In this document: positions 20,342 to 28,816 of the stretch, piece after piece
How the letters are laid out: each line of letters begins with the position of its first letter
How positions within the stretch are numbered: position 1 is the first letter of the stretch
Assembly: GCA_963737905.1 (NCBI GenBank)
Contig: CAVTUQ010000007.1
Location: 160,001 to 224,000 of the forward strand
Reading direction: 5' to 3'
Origin: an uncultured delta proteobacterium
GTDB lineage: Bacteria > Desulfobacterota > Binatia > UBA9968
Length of the DNA: 64,000 nucleotides
Notes under the pieces: generated by a model
The model's database searches: none
The model's input: only the letters and a program-made list of their open reading frames with translations
Told to the model about the DNA's origin: nothing
Translations under genes and position numbers: made by a program

Positions 20342-21223
20342 GTGATGCGAGTCGCCGTCATCGGCAGCACGGGACAATTGGGGACCGACCTTCTAGATGT
20401 TTTGGTGGAAGCCGGACACTATGAAGTGTTCGGACTCAGACATCACGAAATCGAATGCACCGATCCGGTATCGATAAGAAAGGCATTTAAAACGGCGCGC
20501 CCGGACATCGTCGTCAATTGTGCCGCCTTTGTCCGGGTTGATGAATCCGAGGATCGTCCGGACGATGCCTTTCGGGTGAACAGCCTGGGCGCCCTCGCTG
20601 TGGCGCGGGCTTGCGCAGAGATGGGCGCCGTCTGTGTTTACATCAGCACTGACTACGTTTTTGATGGCAAAAACGGATCTCCCTATACGGAAAGCGACGC
20701 GCCGCATCCGATCAACATTTACGGCGTCTCCAAACTGGCGGGAGAATACCTCGTTCAGCAGGCTTGTTCCCGCTGGCTCGTAGCGCGAATGGCGAGCCTA
20801 TTTGGAAAAGCCGGTTCCAGCGGGAAGGGCGGAAACTTCGTAGAAACAATCTTGGCCAAAGCAAAAGCCGGCGAGCCGTTGAGGTTAGTCGACGATATCC
20901 GAATGTCCCCCACATACACCCGAGACGCGGCACTGGCCTTGGAAAGACTTCTTCGGGAAGGGGCTCTAGGGCTTTTTCATTTGGTGAATGCCGGCAATTG
21001 CACCTGGTATGAGTTTGCCTGCAAAGCTCTGGAAGTCGCGGGGCTGCGTCACAGAATCGAGCCAATATTGTCTTCGAGCTACCCGATGAGAGCCCGCCGT
21101 CCTAAAGATTCCAGCTTGGAAAGCACGAAACTCAATCGGTCTCTGAAGGAGTGTCTCCGTCCCTGGGAGGACGCCCTCGAATCCTATTTGCGGGGGAAAG
21201 GCTATCGGTCCTCGTCGGCCTAA
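20342..21223 (+). CDS. rmlD: dTDP-4-dehydrorhamnose reductase family
   Basis: GSTGQLG, NCAAFVRVD, ISTDYVFDG, YGVSKLAGE, ARRPKDSSL. Confidence 0.9.
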   Translation: MMRVAVIGSTGQLGTDLLDVLVEAGHYEVFGLRHHEIECTDPVSIRKAFKTARPDIVVNCAAFVRVDESEDRPDDAFRVNSLGALAVARACAEMGAVCVYISTDYVFDGKNGSPYTESDAPHPINIYGVSKLAGEYLVQQACSRWLVARMASLFGKAGSSGKGGNFVETILAKAKAGEPLRLVDDIRMSPTYTRDAALALERLLREGALGLFHLVNAGNCTWYEFACKALEVAGLRHRIEPILSSSYPMRARRPKDSSLESTKLNRSLKECLRPWEDALESYLRGKGYRSSSA

Positions 21224-21332
21224 AGATTACTGGTGCTGAAGTTCTGAGTAGGCGGCATCGGTAAAGTATGCTATAGAGTAACCCTACATTCGAAAATAAC
21301 CTTAAGTCTCTAAAAATTTTCCCAACCCATCC

Positions 21333-22271
21333 ATGAATTTGCATGTTCTCGTCACCGGCGGTGCTGGCTATCTGGGGTCTGTGTTATGCGAGCGTCTGCT
21401 CGCCGCCGGATACCGGGTAACAGCCGTGGATGATCTGATGTATCAACAGCGAAGCTTGCTTCACCTCTGTGCCAACCCACACTTCGATTTTGTCTTGGGA
21501 GATGCGCGGGACAAAGAGCTGATGCAGCGTCTGGTGAAAGAGGCCGATGTGCTGATTCCCCTTGCCGCCATCGTAGGAGCACCCGCGTGCGACCGAGACC
21601 CGTTGCTGGCACGGTCAGTCAATCTGGAAGCCGTTCGACTCCTCAATGATTTGCGGAGTGCTCAACAGCCGATCATCTATCCGACTACCAATAGCGGCTA
21701 CGGTACGCAGTCCGGCGACCTCTTTTGCACGGAAGATACGCCACTGCAGCCGATCTCACTTTACGGTCAGACCAAGAGTCAAGCTGAGGCAGAACTATTA
21801 GAGGCGCATAATGTGATTACGTTAAGATTGGCGACGGTGTTCGGCATGTCGCCGCGCATGCGTCTTGACTTGTTGGTCAACCATTTTGTCCATGCGGCCA
21901 TCACGGATGGTTACCTTGTCATTTTCGAGAAGGACTTTAAGCGCAATTACATTCATATTCGCGACGTGTCGGATTGCTTTGTCCATTGCATCGATAACTT
22001 TAAAAGAATGGCGGGGCGACCCTACAATGCCGGCCTGGACGCCGCCAACCTGTCCAAGGAAGAATTGGCATTGAAGATCAAAGCGTACGTGCCCAATTTC
22101 TACATTCACTTCGCCCAGGTAGGATCCGATCCGGATAAGCGCAATTACGTCGTTTCGAATCAGCGATTGCGTGAGGCTGGCTTTGAAGCCCGGCGCTCGC
22201 TGGACGATGGAATTGGAGAGCTGCTCAAAGGATATCGGATGACGGGACGGGCTCGGTTTAAGAACGTTTGA
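21333..22271 (+). CDS. SDR nucleotide-sugar dehydrogenase, Campylobacter Cj1427-like (GDP-heptose C4-dehydrogenase candidate)
   Basis: TGGAGYLGS, IPLAAIVGAP, YPTTNSGYG, RLATVFGMSPRMRLDLLVN, RNYIHIRD, DPDKRNY. These match motifs recalled for Cj1427; adjacent to hddC/gmhB/hddA. Confidence 0.8.
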   Translation: MNLHVLVTGGAGYLGSVLCERLLAAGYRVTAVDDLMYQQRSLLHLCANPHFDFVLGDARDKELMQRLVKEADVLIPLAAIVGAPACDRDPLLARSVNLEAVRLLNDLRSAQQPIIYPTTNSGYGTQSGDLFCTEDTPLQPISLYGQTKSQAEAELLEAHNVITLRLATVFGMSPRMRLDLLVNHFVHAAITDGYLVIFEKDFKRNYIHIRDVSDCFVHCIDNFKRMAGRPYNAGLDAANLSKEELALKIKAYVPNFYIHFAQVGSDPDKRNYVVSNQRLREAGFEARRSLDDGIGELLKGYRMTGRARFKNV

Positions 22272-23050
22272 AAGGCCATGGCGCAGTGCCAACGGAAATG
22301 TCAACTTCGAACTTGCGACGAACCGATGCCGTGCGTGAATTAACTGAGGTCACGGCGGCGATACTCGTTGGGGGACTGGGGAGCCGGTTGCGTCCCGCGG
22401 TGACCGGTCGTGCGAAGGCGCTTGCCAACGTGGGAGAACGACCCTTTCTCACCTATCTGTTCGATCAGCTCGTTGCGGCGGGCACGAGAGACGTCGTGTT
22501 GTGCACAGGATACCTAGGCGATCAGATACCCATGATATTCGGTGAATCCTATGGCACCCTCCGCCTTAGCTATTCCCGGGAATCCACGCCACTGGGGACG
22601 GCAGGTGCGCTTAGATTGGCGCTGCCATTGTTCAACTCCAATCCTGTGTTGGTGATGAATGGCGATTCGTATTGCGACGCAAACCTCAAGGAGTTTTGGT
22701 TTTGGCACGGTAGGAGGCAGGCGGCGGCGACGTTGTTTCTCACCAAGGTTTTGGATAGCGAGCGTTTTGGGCAAGTACAAGTCGATCACTATGGCCTGGT
22801 AACCGACTTTAAAGAGAAGGGCAGCGGAGGGGGCTTGGGTTGGATTAGTTCGGGTATTTATCTGCTAAGCCGTGATTTGCTGGCGGAGATTCCAGCGGAT
22901 CGCGCCGTCTCTCTGGAGCGAGAGGTTTTCCCGAACTGGATCGGCCGCCGACTTTATGGCTTTCAACGGGAGGCCCGATTTATAGATATCGGAACGCCGG
23001 AAGCCTATGAGAGCGCACAATCGTTTTTCGCTACGGGTTTGGGGAGATGA
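22268..23050 (+). CDS. hddC: Sugar-1-phosphate nucleotidyltransferase, HddC-like (GDP-heptose synthesis)
   Basis: ILVGGLGSRLR, PLGTAGAL, VMNGDS, SLEREVFP, FIDIGTPE; context with hddA and gmhB. Confidence 0.75.
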   Translation: MKGHGAVPTEMSTSNLRRTDAVRELTEVTAAILVGGLGSRLRPAVTGRAKALANVGERPFLTYLFDQLVAAGTRDVVLCTGYLGDQIPMIFGESYGTLRLSYSRESTPLGTAGALRLALPLFNSNPVLVMNGDSYCDANLKEFWFWHGRRQAAATLFLTKVLDSERFGQVQVDHYGLVTDFKEKGSGGGLGWISSGIYLLSRDLLAEIPADRAVSLEREVFPNWIGRRLYGFQREARFIDIGTPEAYESAQSFFATGLGR

Positions 23051-23616
23051 AGCGGCGGCCATTCGTATTGCTGGATCGCGATGGAACCATCATCGTTGAG
23101 CGCCATTATCTTGCAGACCCGCGGCAGATTGAATTTTTGCCCGGGGCAATCAACGGCCTGCGTCAAATGCGCACCCTGGGACTTGGGTTAGTGGTGGTAA
23201 CCAATCAGTCTGCAGTCGGACGCGGCTTCTTTGATGAGAGCCACTTGAATCTCATTCATCGCCATCTCTGCGAACTCCTGAAAGACGAGGGCATCCAGCT
23301 AGGAGGCATCTTTTTTTGTCCCCATACGCCCGAGACGAATTGTTCCTGCCGCAAGCCTCGCCCCGGTCTGGCCGAGCGAGCGGCCCAAGAGCTGGCATTT
23401 GATCTGCAAGCGAGTTTTCTCATCGGTGATAAACCCGCCGATATTGAATTGGGGCGAAATGTCGGGGCAACGACATTTCTAGTGCGCACGGGTTATGGTG
23501 CGGGCTTTGTGAACGATCCGACCGTCCATCCAGACTACGTCGCCAATGATTTGTCGGCGGCGGCTCAAATCATGGAGAGCTTGCTCGATGCCAATGAGCG
23601 CAACGTGGTGCCATGA
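23047..23616 (+). CDS. gmhB: D-glycero-D-manno-heptose bisphosphate phosphatase
   Basis: LDRDGTI, VTNQSAVGRG, CPH....C.CRKP, IGDKPAD. Confidence 0.9.
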   Translation: MKRRPFVLLDRDGTIIVERHYLADPRQIEFLPGAINGLRQMRTLGLGLVVVTNQSAVGRGFFDESHLNLIHRHLCELLKDEGIQLGGIFFCPHTPETNCSCRKPRPGLAERAAQELAFDLQASFLIGDKPADIELGRNVGATTFLVRTGYGAGFVNDPTVHPDYVANDLSAAAQIMESLLDANERNVVP

Positions 23617-24689
23617 TCATTAGCAGGACGCCATTTCGTGTTTCTTTTTTCGGTGGCGGAACCGACTACCCGGTATGGTACCGCACCTATGGTGGAGCGG
23701 TGCTGGCCACGACCATCGACAAGTATTGCTATCTAACTTGCCGTTATTTGCCGCCCTTTTTCGAACACAAGATTCGCGTCGTCTATTCGAAAATCGAGAA
23801 TTGCCACAGCGTTGAGGACATCGCCCATCCGGCTGTGCGGGAGATACTACGCTACTGTAGGATCGATCGTGGTGTGGAAATTCATCATGATGGCGATCTG
23901 CCCGCCCGCAGCGGAATGGGCACGAGTTCATCTTTCACCGTGGGCCTGTTGCATGCTCTTTATGCTCTCAAAGGACAGATGCCGTCCAAAGCGCAACTGG
24001 CTAGGGAAAGCATCGGTATCGAGCAGGAGATTCTCAAGGAGACCGTGGGGTCTCAGGATCAAGTCTTGGCGGCCCACGGCGGTCTCAATCATGTGGTTTT
24101 CCATACCAGCGGTGAAATTACGGTGAAGCCCGTAACGGCAACTGTGGGACGGGTCAACGAGCTCAATCGGCACTTGATGCTGTTCTATACCGGGATTCGG
24201 CGGACAGCCTCCGATGTTGCGGAAAGCTACGTTAATGGTCTGGAGGACAGGGAGAGGCAACTCCGAATTATTGGCGACCTGACAAACGAAGGTGTGTCGG
24301 TTCTTTGCGGCAAGAGCAAAATCTTTGTTTTTGGCGAATTGTTGCATAAAGCCTGGCAAGTAAAGCGGGATCTCAGCTCTAAAGTTTCGAATTCGGAGAT
24401 TGAAGAGATCTACACCGAAGCGATGTCAGCTGGGGCGGTTGGTGGAAAACTGCTGGGCGCCGGTGGGGGCGGGTTTATTCTTTTTTTTGTGCCCCCTGCC
24501 AAACACACTGCCGTGAAGCGAAGACTCAACAAGCTAATTTATGTTCCCTTCAAGTTTGAATCCTCGGGTAGCCAAATTATTTTTTTTGATCCGGAACAGG
24601 ATTATTCTCGAGAGGAAAGGGCGCGCATATTTCCACCTGACTTGGTCTTTCGGGAGCTTTCGATCAAGGCCATCAATCATAAACCGTGA
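23613..24689 (+). CDS. hddA: GHMP kinase, D-glycero-alpha-D-manno-heptose-7-phosphate 1-kinase
   Basis: SRTPFRVSFFGGGTD, DLPARSGMGTSS, VGSQDQ, GGKLLGAGGGGF. Confidence 0.85.
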   Translation: MIISRTPFRVSFFGGGTDYPVWYRTYGGAVLATTIDKYCYLTCRYLPPFFEHKIRVVYSKIENCHSVEDIAHPAVREILRYCRIDRGVEIHHDGDLPARSGMGTSSSFTVGLLHALYALKGQMPSKAQLARESIGIEQEILKETVGSQDQVLAAHGGLNHVVFHTSGEITVKPVTATVGRVNELNRHLMLFYTGIRRTASDVAESYVNGLEDRERQLRIIGDLTNEGVSVLCGKSKIFVFGELLHKAWQVKRDLSSKVSNSEIEEIYTEAMSAGAVGGKLLGAGGGGFILFFVPPAKHTAVKRRLNKLIYVPFKFESSGSQIIFFDPEQDYSREERARIFPPDLVFRELSIKAINHKP

Positions 24690-25624
24690 AGCAAACCGAT
24701 CGTATCTACGTTGCCGGCAGTGAGACTCTCGTCGGAAAAGGGCTCCTGTGTCGATTGGCTTTGGCCGGCTATTCTAATGTCGTCGATACTTCGTCCGTAG
24801 AGCCAGACCTGACCGATGGCGCGAAGGTCAATGCGTATTTCGAAGCCACGAAGCCGGATTATGTCTTTCTCGCGGCCGGCACGTCGGGAGGTATTGGAGC
24901 CAATCAAAAGTATCCCGCCGACTTGATGCTCAATAATCTATTGATTCAATGCCAGATCATTCGCAGCGCCCAACGGCATGGTGTCCGAAAGCTCTTATAT
25001 TTGGCAAGCTCCTGTACCTATCCGCGCTCCAGTCCGCAGCCGATGCAAGTCAAATCCCTGATGACAGGGCCATTGGAGGCTACCAGCGAAGCCTACGCGA
25101 TGGCAAAGATTGCCGGCATCAAGCTATGTCAGGCGTACCGCCAGCAACATGGTGCGGATATGATTAGCGTAATCCCGGGTGATGTCTTTGGGCCCGGCGA
25201 TGATTTCAGCTTGGAGGACGGCCATGTCATCGCCGCCCTCATTCGTAGAATGCATCAAGCAAAAATTGACGGCGCGCAAACGATCGAAGTCTGGGGCTCA
25301 GGTTCGCCGCGGCGGGAATTCATCTTTGTCGATGACGTTGCGGATGCGGCCATCTTCTTGATGCAACGCTATAGCGATCCGACGCCCGTCAACGTGGGCA
25401 ACGGAGCTGAGATGTCGATCAAGGATATTGCCGAGCTGATTCGAAGAGTGGTCGGCTACGAGGGCCAGTTGCGATTTGATCCCGCAAAGCCGGATGGCAT
25501 GCCGCTGAAAGCGCTCGACTCCAGCGAGCTGATGGCGATGGGATGGCGGCCAAAAGTTTCTCTGCGGGCCGGTTTGGAAGAAACCTATCGCTGGTTCATG
25601 GATACCAACAAAGATGCCGTCTAA
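24686..25624 (+). CDS. GDP-L-fucose synthase-like epimerase/reductase (Fcl/ColC/Cj1428 family)
   Basis: LASSCTYP, YAMAKIAG, HVIAALI, VWGSGSPRREF, KPDGMP. Confidence 0.87.
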   Translation: MKQTDRIYVAGSETLVGKGLLCRLALAGYSNVVDTSSVEPDLTDGAKVNAYFEATKPDYVFLAAGTSGGIGANQKYPADLMLNNLLIQCQIIRSAQRHGVRKLLYLASSCTYPRSSPQPMQVKSLMTGPLEATSEAYAMAKIAGIKLCQAYRQQHGADMISVIPGDVFGPGDDFSLEDGHVIAALIRRMHQAKIDGAQTIEVWGSGSPRREFIFVDDVADAAIFLMQRYSDPTPVNVGNGAEMSIKDIAELIRRVVGYEGQLRFDPAKPDGMPLKALDSSELMAMGWRPKVSLRAGLEETYRWFMDTNKDAV

Positions 25625-26567
25625 AGAGATATACGAGAGGCTCTACCGATCGCTCTACCGGATTCGGCGGGCAGAGGAGGAGATTGCGCGAATCTATCCC
25701 AGCGACAAGATCAAGAGTCCGGTACACCTTTCCATCGGGCAGGAAGCGGTTTCCGTTGGAGTCTGCGAAGCCCTGCGGCCACAGGATGTGGTTTTTGGGA
25801 CCTACAGGAGCCATGCCTATTATTTGGCAAAGGGTGGCGATCTAAAAAAGATGATTGCCGAACTTTACGGCAAAGCCACGGGTTGCGCCAAAGGGAAGGG
25901 AGGTTCCATGCATCTTATCGACGCAGCTCATGGGATCATGGGCGCTTCGGCCGTGGTGGGGACGACGATCCCCAATGCCGTCGGTTATGCCTACGCGCTA
26001 AAGCTGCAAAGAAAAGACTCTATTGTGGTTAGCTTCTTCGGGGACGGCGCGACGGACGAGGGAGTCTTTTACGAAAGTCTAAATTTTGCCGCACTGAAGC
26101 AGCTGCCGATTATTTTTGTGTGTGAGAATAATTTTTACGCCATTCATACCCATTTGCTGCACCGGCACAGAGACGTGAATTTATGCGAACGGGTAAGCGC
26201 CTACGGCATTCCCGCCGAACAGATCGCGGCCAACGACATACTCAAGATTAATGAACGGGTAAAGGCTGTTGTTGACCTGTTGCGCGCCAACCAAGCTGGA
26301 CCGTTCTTCTTCGAATGCTTGACCTATCGCTGGAAAGAGCATGTTGGACCCAACGATGATTTCCATTTAGGCTACCGCAGTTACGAGGAGGCTCGTCCCT
26401 GGATAGAGGGAGACCAGGTTAGGCGGCTGTCGGCTCTTATGGCGCCGGAAAGCCGTGGGGGTATAGAGGCCCAGGTGGAGGAAGAAATCCAAGCGGCCTT
26501 CGCCTGTGCGGAGAATGATGCCTTCCCGCAGGCACACGAGTTGCTGACCGATGTGACTGGAGACTAG
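25614..26567 (+). CDS. TPP-dependent dehydrogenase E1 alpha-like subunit
   Basis: HLSIGQEA, GKGGSMH, TPP motif GDGATDEG...CENN, TYRWKEHVG. Confidence 0.9.
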   Translation: MPSKEIYERLYRSLYRIRRAEEEIARIYPSDKIKSPVHLSIGQEAVSVGVCEALRPQDVVFGTYRSHAYYLAKGGDLKKMIAELYGKATGCAKGKGGSMHLIDAAHGIMGASAVVGTTIPNAVGYAYALKLQRKDSIVVSFFGDGATDEGVFYESLNFAALKQLPIIFVCENNFYAIHTHLLHRHRDVNLCERVSAYGIPAEQIAANDILKINERVKAVVDLLRANQAGPFFFECLTYRWKEHVGPNDDFHLGYRSYEEARPWIEGDQVRRLSALMAPESRGGIEAQVEEEIQAAFACAENDAFPQAHELLTDVTGD

Positions 26568-26569
26568 AC

Positions 26570-27616
26570 GTGGAGCGCCTTTTATCCTACGTGGATGCGA
26601 TTCGTGAAGCCACGGATCAGCAGATGGCAGAAGATCCTTCCGTCGTTGTGTTTGGGCTCGACGTGGACGATCCTAAAGCCATACAGGGAACGACCCGGGG
26701 GTTGGCAGAGAAGTATGGCCCCGAGAGGGTTTTTGGCACCCCACTTTCCGAGGAAGCGATGACCGGCGCGGCCATCGGTATGGCCCTGGCTGGCTTACGT
26801 CCCATCCATGTCCATATCCGGATGGATTTTCTCATGCTGGCGATGAACCAGCTCGTCAATGTCGCTGCCAAAAGTCGCTATATGTACGGCGGGCAAGTTC
26901 ATGTGCCGATGGTGGTTCGCTGCATGATCGGCAAGAGTTGGGGCCAAGGAGCGCAGCACTCGCAAGGGTTGCATTCTTTTTTTATGCACGTTCCCGGGCT
27001 GAAGGTCGTCGCTCCCACCAATCCCTACGATGCCAAAGGCTGTTTGATACAGGCGATCAGAGACAATGATCCTGTGATTTACGTCGAGCATCGCATTCTT
27101 CACTTCCAAAAGGGAATCGTGCCCGAGCCGCTCTACGGGATTCCACCCGGGAAGGCGCGTGTGTTGGAGGAAGGGAAAGACGTCACCCTGGTCGGCATTT
27201 CCTACATGCTGACGGAATGTCTGAGAGCGCGGCGCTACCTTGAGACTGTCCACGTTCAGGCGGAGGTGATCGACCCGATCTGGCTGAGTCCCTTGGATAC
27301 CGAGACAATCGTCCAGTCGGTCAAGAAGACCGGGAGGTTGTGCGTCGTCGACAACGGCTGGACTACGTGCGGTGCCAGCGCCGAAATCGTGAGCCGCGTC
27401 ATTGAGCGATTGCAAGGCGAAAGGCAGGTCGTCATCCATCGCATGGGGTACGCGCCCGCGACGTGTCCGCCGACACCTTCGCTCGAAGATCTCTATTATC
27501 CGAACGCCCGCACTATCGCCTCGGCCGCCTACGATTTGGTCAAGGGCGGCCATAATCGCTGGTTGCCGCAAGAGCGCGAAGAGCTTCAGGAGATGGAATT
27601 CCGGGGTCCGTTTTAA
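26570..27616 (+). CDS. TPP-dependent dehydrogenase E1 beta-like subunit
   Basis: TPLSEEAMTG, G.GAQHSQ, PGLKVVAP..PYDAKG, SVKKTGRL. Confidence 0.9.
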   Translation: MERLLSYVDAIREATDQQMAEDPSVVVFGLDVDDPKAIQGTTRGLAEKYGPERVFGTPLSEEAMTGAAIGMALAGLRPIHVHIRMDFLMLAMNQLVNVAAKSRYMYGGQVHVPMVVRCMIGKSWGQGAQHSQGLHSFFMHVPGLKVVAPTNPYDAKGCLIQAIRDNDPVIYVEHRILHFQKGIVPEPLYGIPPGKARVLEEGKDVTLVGISYMLTECLRARRYLETVHVQAEVIDPIWLSPLDTETIVQSVKKTGRLCVVDNGWTTCGASAEIVSRVIERLQGERQVVIHRMGYAPATCPPTPSLEDLYYPNARTIASAAYDLVKGGHNRWLPQEREELQEMEFRGPF

Positions 27617-27624
27617 CTGCAACG

Positions 27625-28816
27625 GTGGACACTCCGACAAATCTCGATTGGCCCTTGATGAAAAACAATATCTCAAGGGCGGACCTCGCTGTTGTTATTA
27701 GTTTCCTTCAGCAGGATGATCCGATTCTCACTCAAGCCAGCCAAGTGCAAGCGTTCGAGAAAGAATGGTCGGCTTGGCTTGGCGTGAAACACAGCGTTTT
27801 CGTAAACTCCGGTTCCTCGGCCAATCTGTTGACGATCGCTGCCCTTCGAGAGCGATACGGTTTGGGGGAGATCATCGTTCCAACGCTAACCTGGGTATCG
27901 GATATTGCGTCGGTCATTCAGTGCGGATTCAAGCCTGTTTTCGTGGATATAGATCGTCGCACCCTGGGGATGGATAACGCAGAGATAATCGGCAAGATCA
28001 CATCCCAGACTAAAGCGGTCTTTTTGACCCACGTGCTGGGGTATAATGCCCTCAGTCAATCTCTGATGGACGAATTGGACGCGCGTAAAATTCCCCTGAT
28101 CGAGGATGTTTGCGAGTCTTACGGGGCGACTTTTGCCGGTCGAAAGCTCGGCACCTTCGGACTCATGGCTGATTTCTCCTTCTACTACGCGCATCATCTA
28201 ACGACGGTCGAAGGAGGAATGATATCCACCAACGATGGGGACTTGTACGAGACTCTTCGGATGCTTCGCTCCCATGGAATGGTGCGCGAGTCGAGCTCCG
28301 CTGCATTGCGGCAATCCTATGCGGAGAAGCATCCTGACCTAAACCCGGATTTTATCTTTGCCTTCCCGGCTTATAACATGCGCAGTACGGAGATAAGCGC
28401 TGTCATGGGTCGCTCACAAATCAAGCGTCTTGATGAAAACAATAGGCTCCGATCCGAGAATCTGGCCCTGTTCCTGAAGAGTCTGGATCCTGCAAAGTAT
28501 CGGATCGATTTTGAAACGGCAGGCAACTGTAACTATGCGTTCACACTCGTACTCAAGCGACCAGACCCTGTGCTTTGTGATAAAGTCATGAAAACGCTGG
28601 ACTGCTATGGCGTCGAATATCGTCGGGGCACCTCCGGAGGGGGAAATCAACTTCGCCAACCTTATTTAAAACGACTGTTGGGCGGGCCGGACCTCAAGGC
28701 AATTTCCCAACGTGGAACATATCCATTTTTACGGTTTTTATATTGGCAACTATCCTGGACTGGAGCGTGAAAAGATTCTCGCCTTGTGTTCGCTATTGAA
28801 CAGTATTAAGGAGTGA
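27625..28816 (+). CDS. PLP-dependent DegT-family enzyme, ColD-like NDP-4-keto-sugar 3-dehydratase (frameshift near 28698)
   Basis: FVNSGSSANL, EDVCES.GA, FSFYYAHHLTTVEGG (His at the usual Lys position), RSHG. The conserved C-terminus HIHFYGFYIGNYP lies in the +1 frame and ends at TGA 28814-28816. Confidence 0.82.

Noticed and set aside
21240-21332. ops/JUMPstart element ahead of the sugar cassette
   Set aside because: AGGCGGCATCG deviates from GGCGGTAG. At most there is a weak extended -10-like sequence.
25614-27616. Housekeeping pyruvate/acetoin dehydrogenase
   Set aside because: No E2 or E3 genes are present and the pair is tightly embedded in a nucleotide-sugar cassette.
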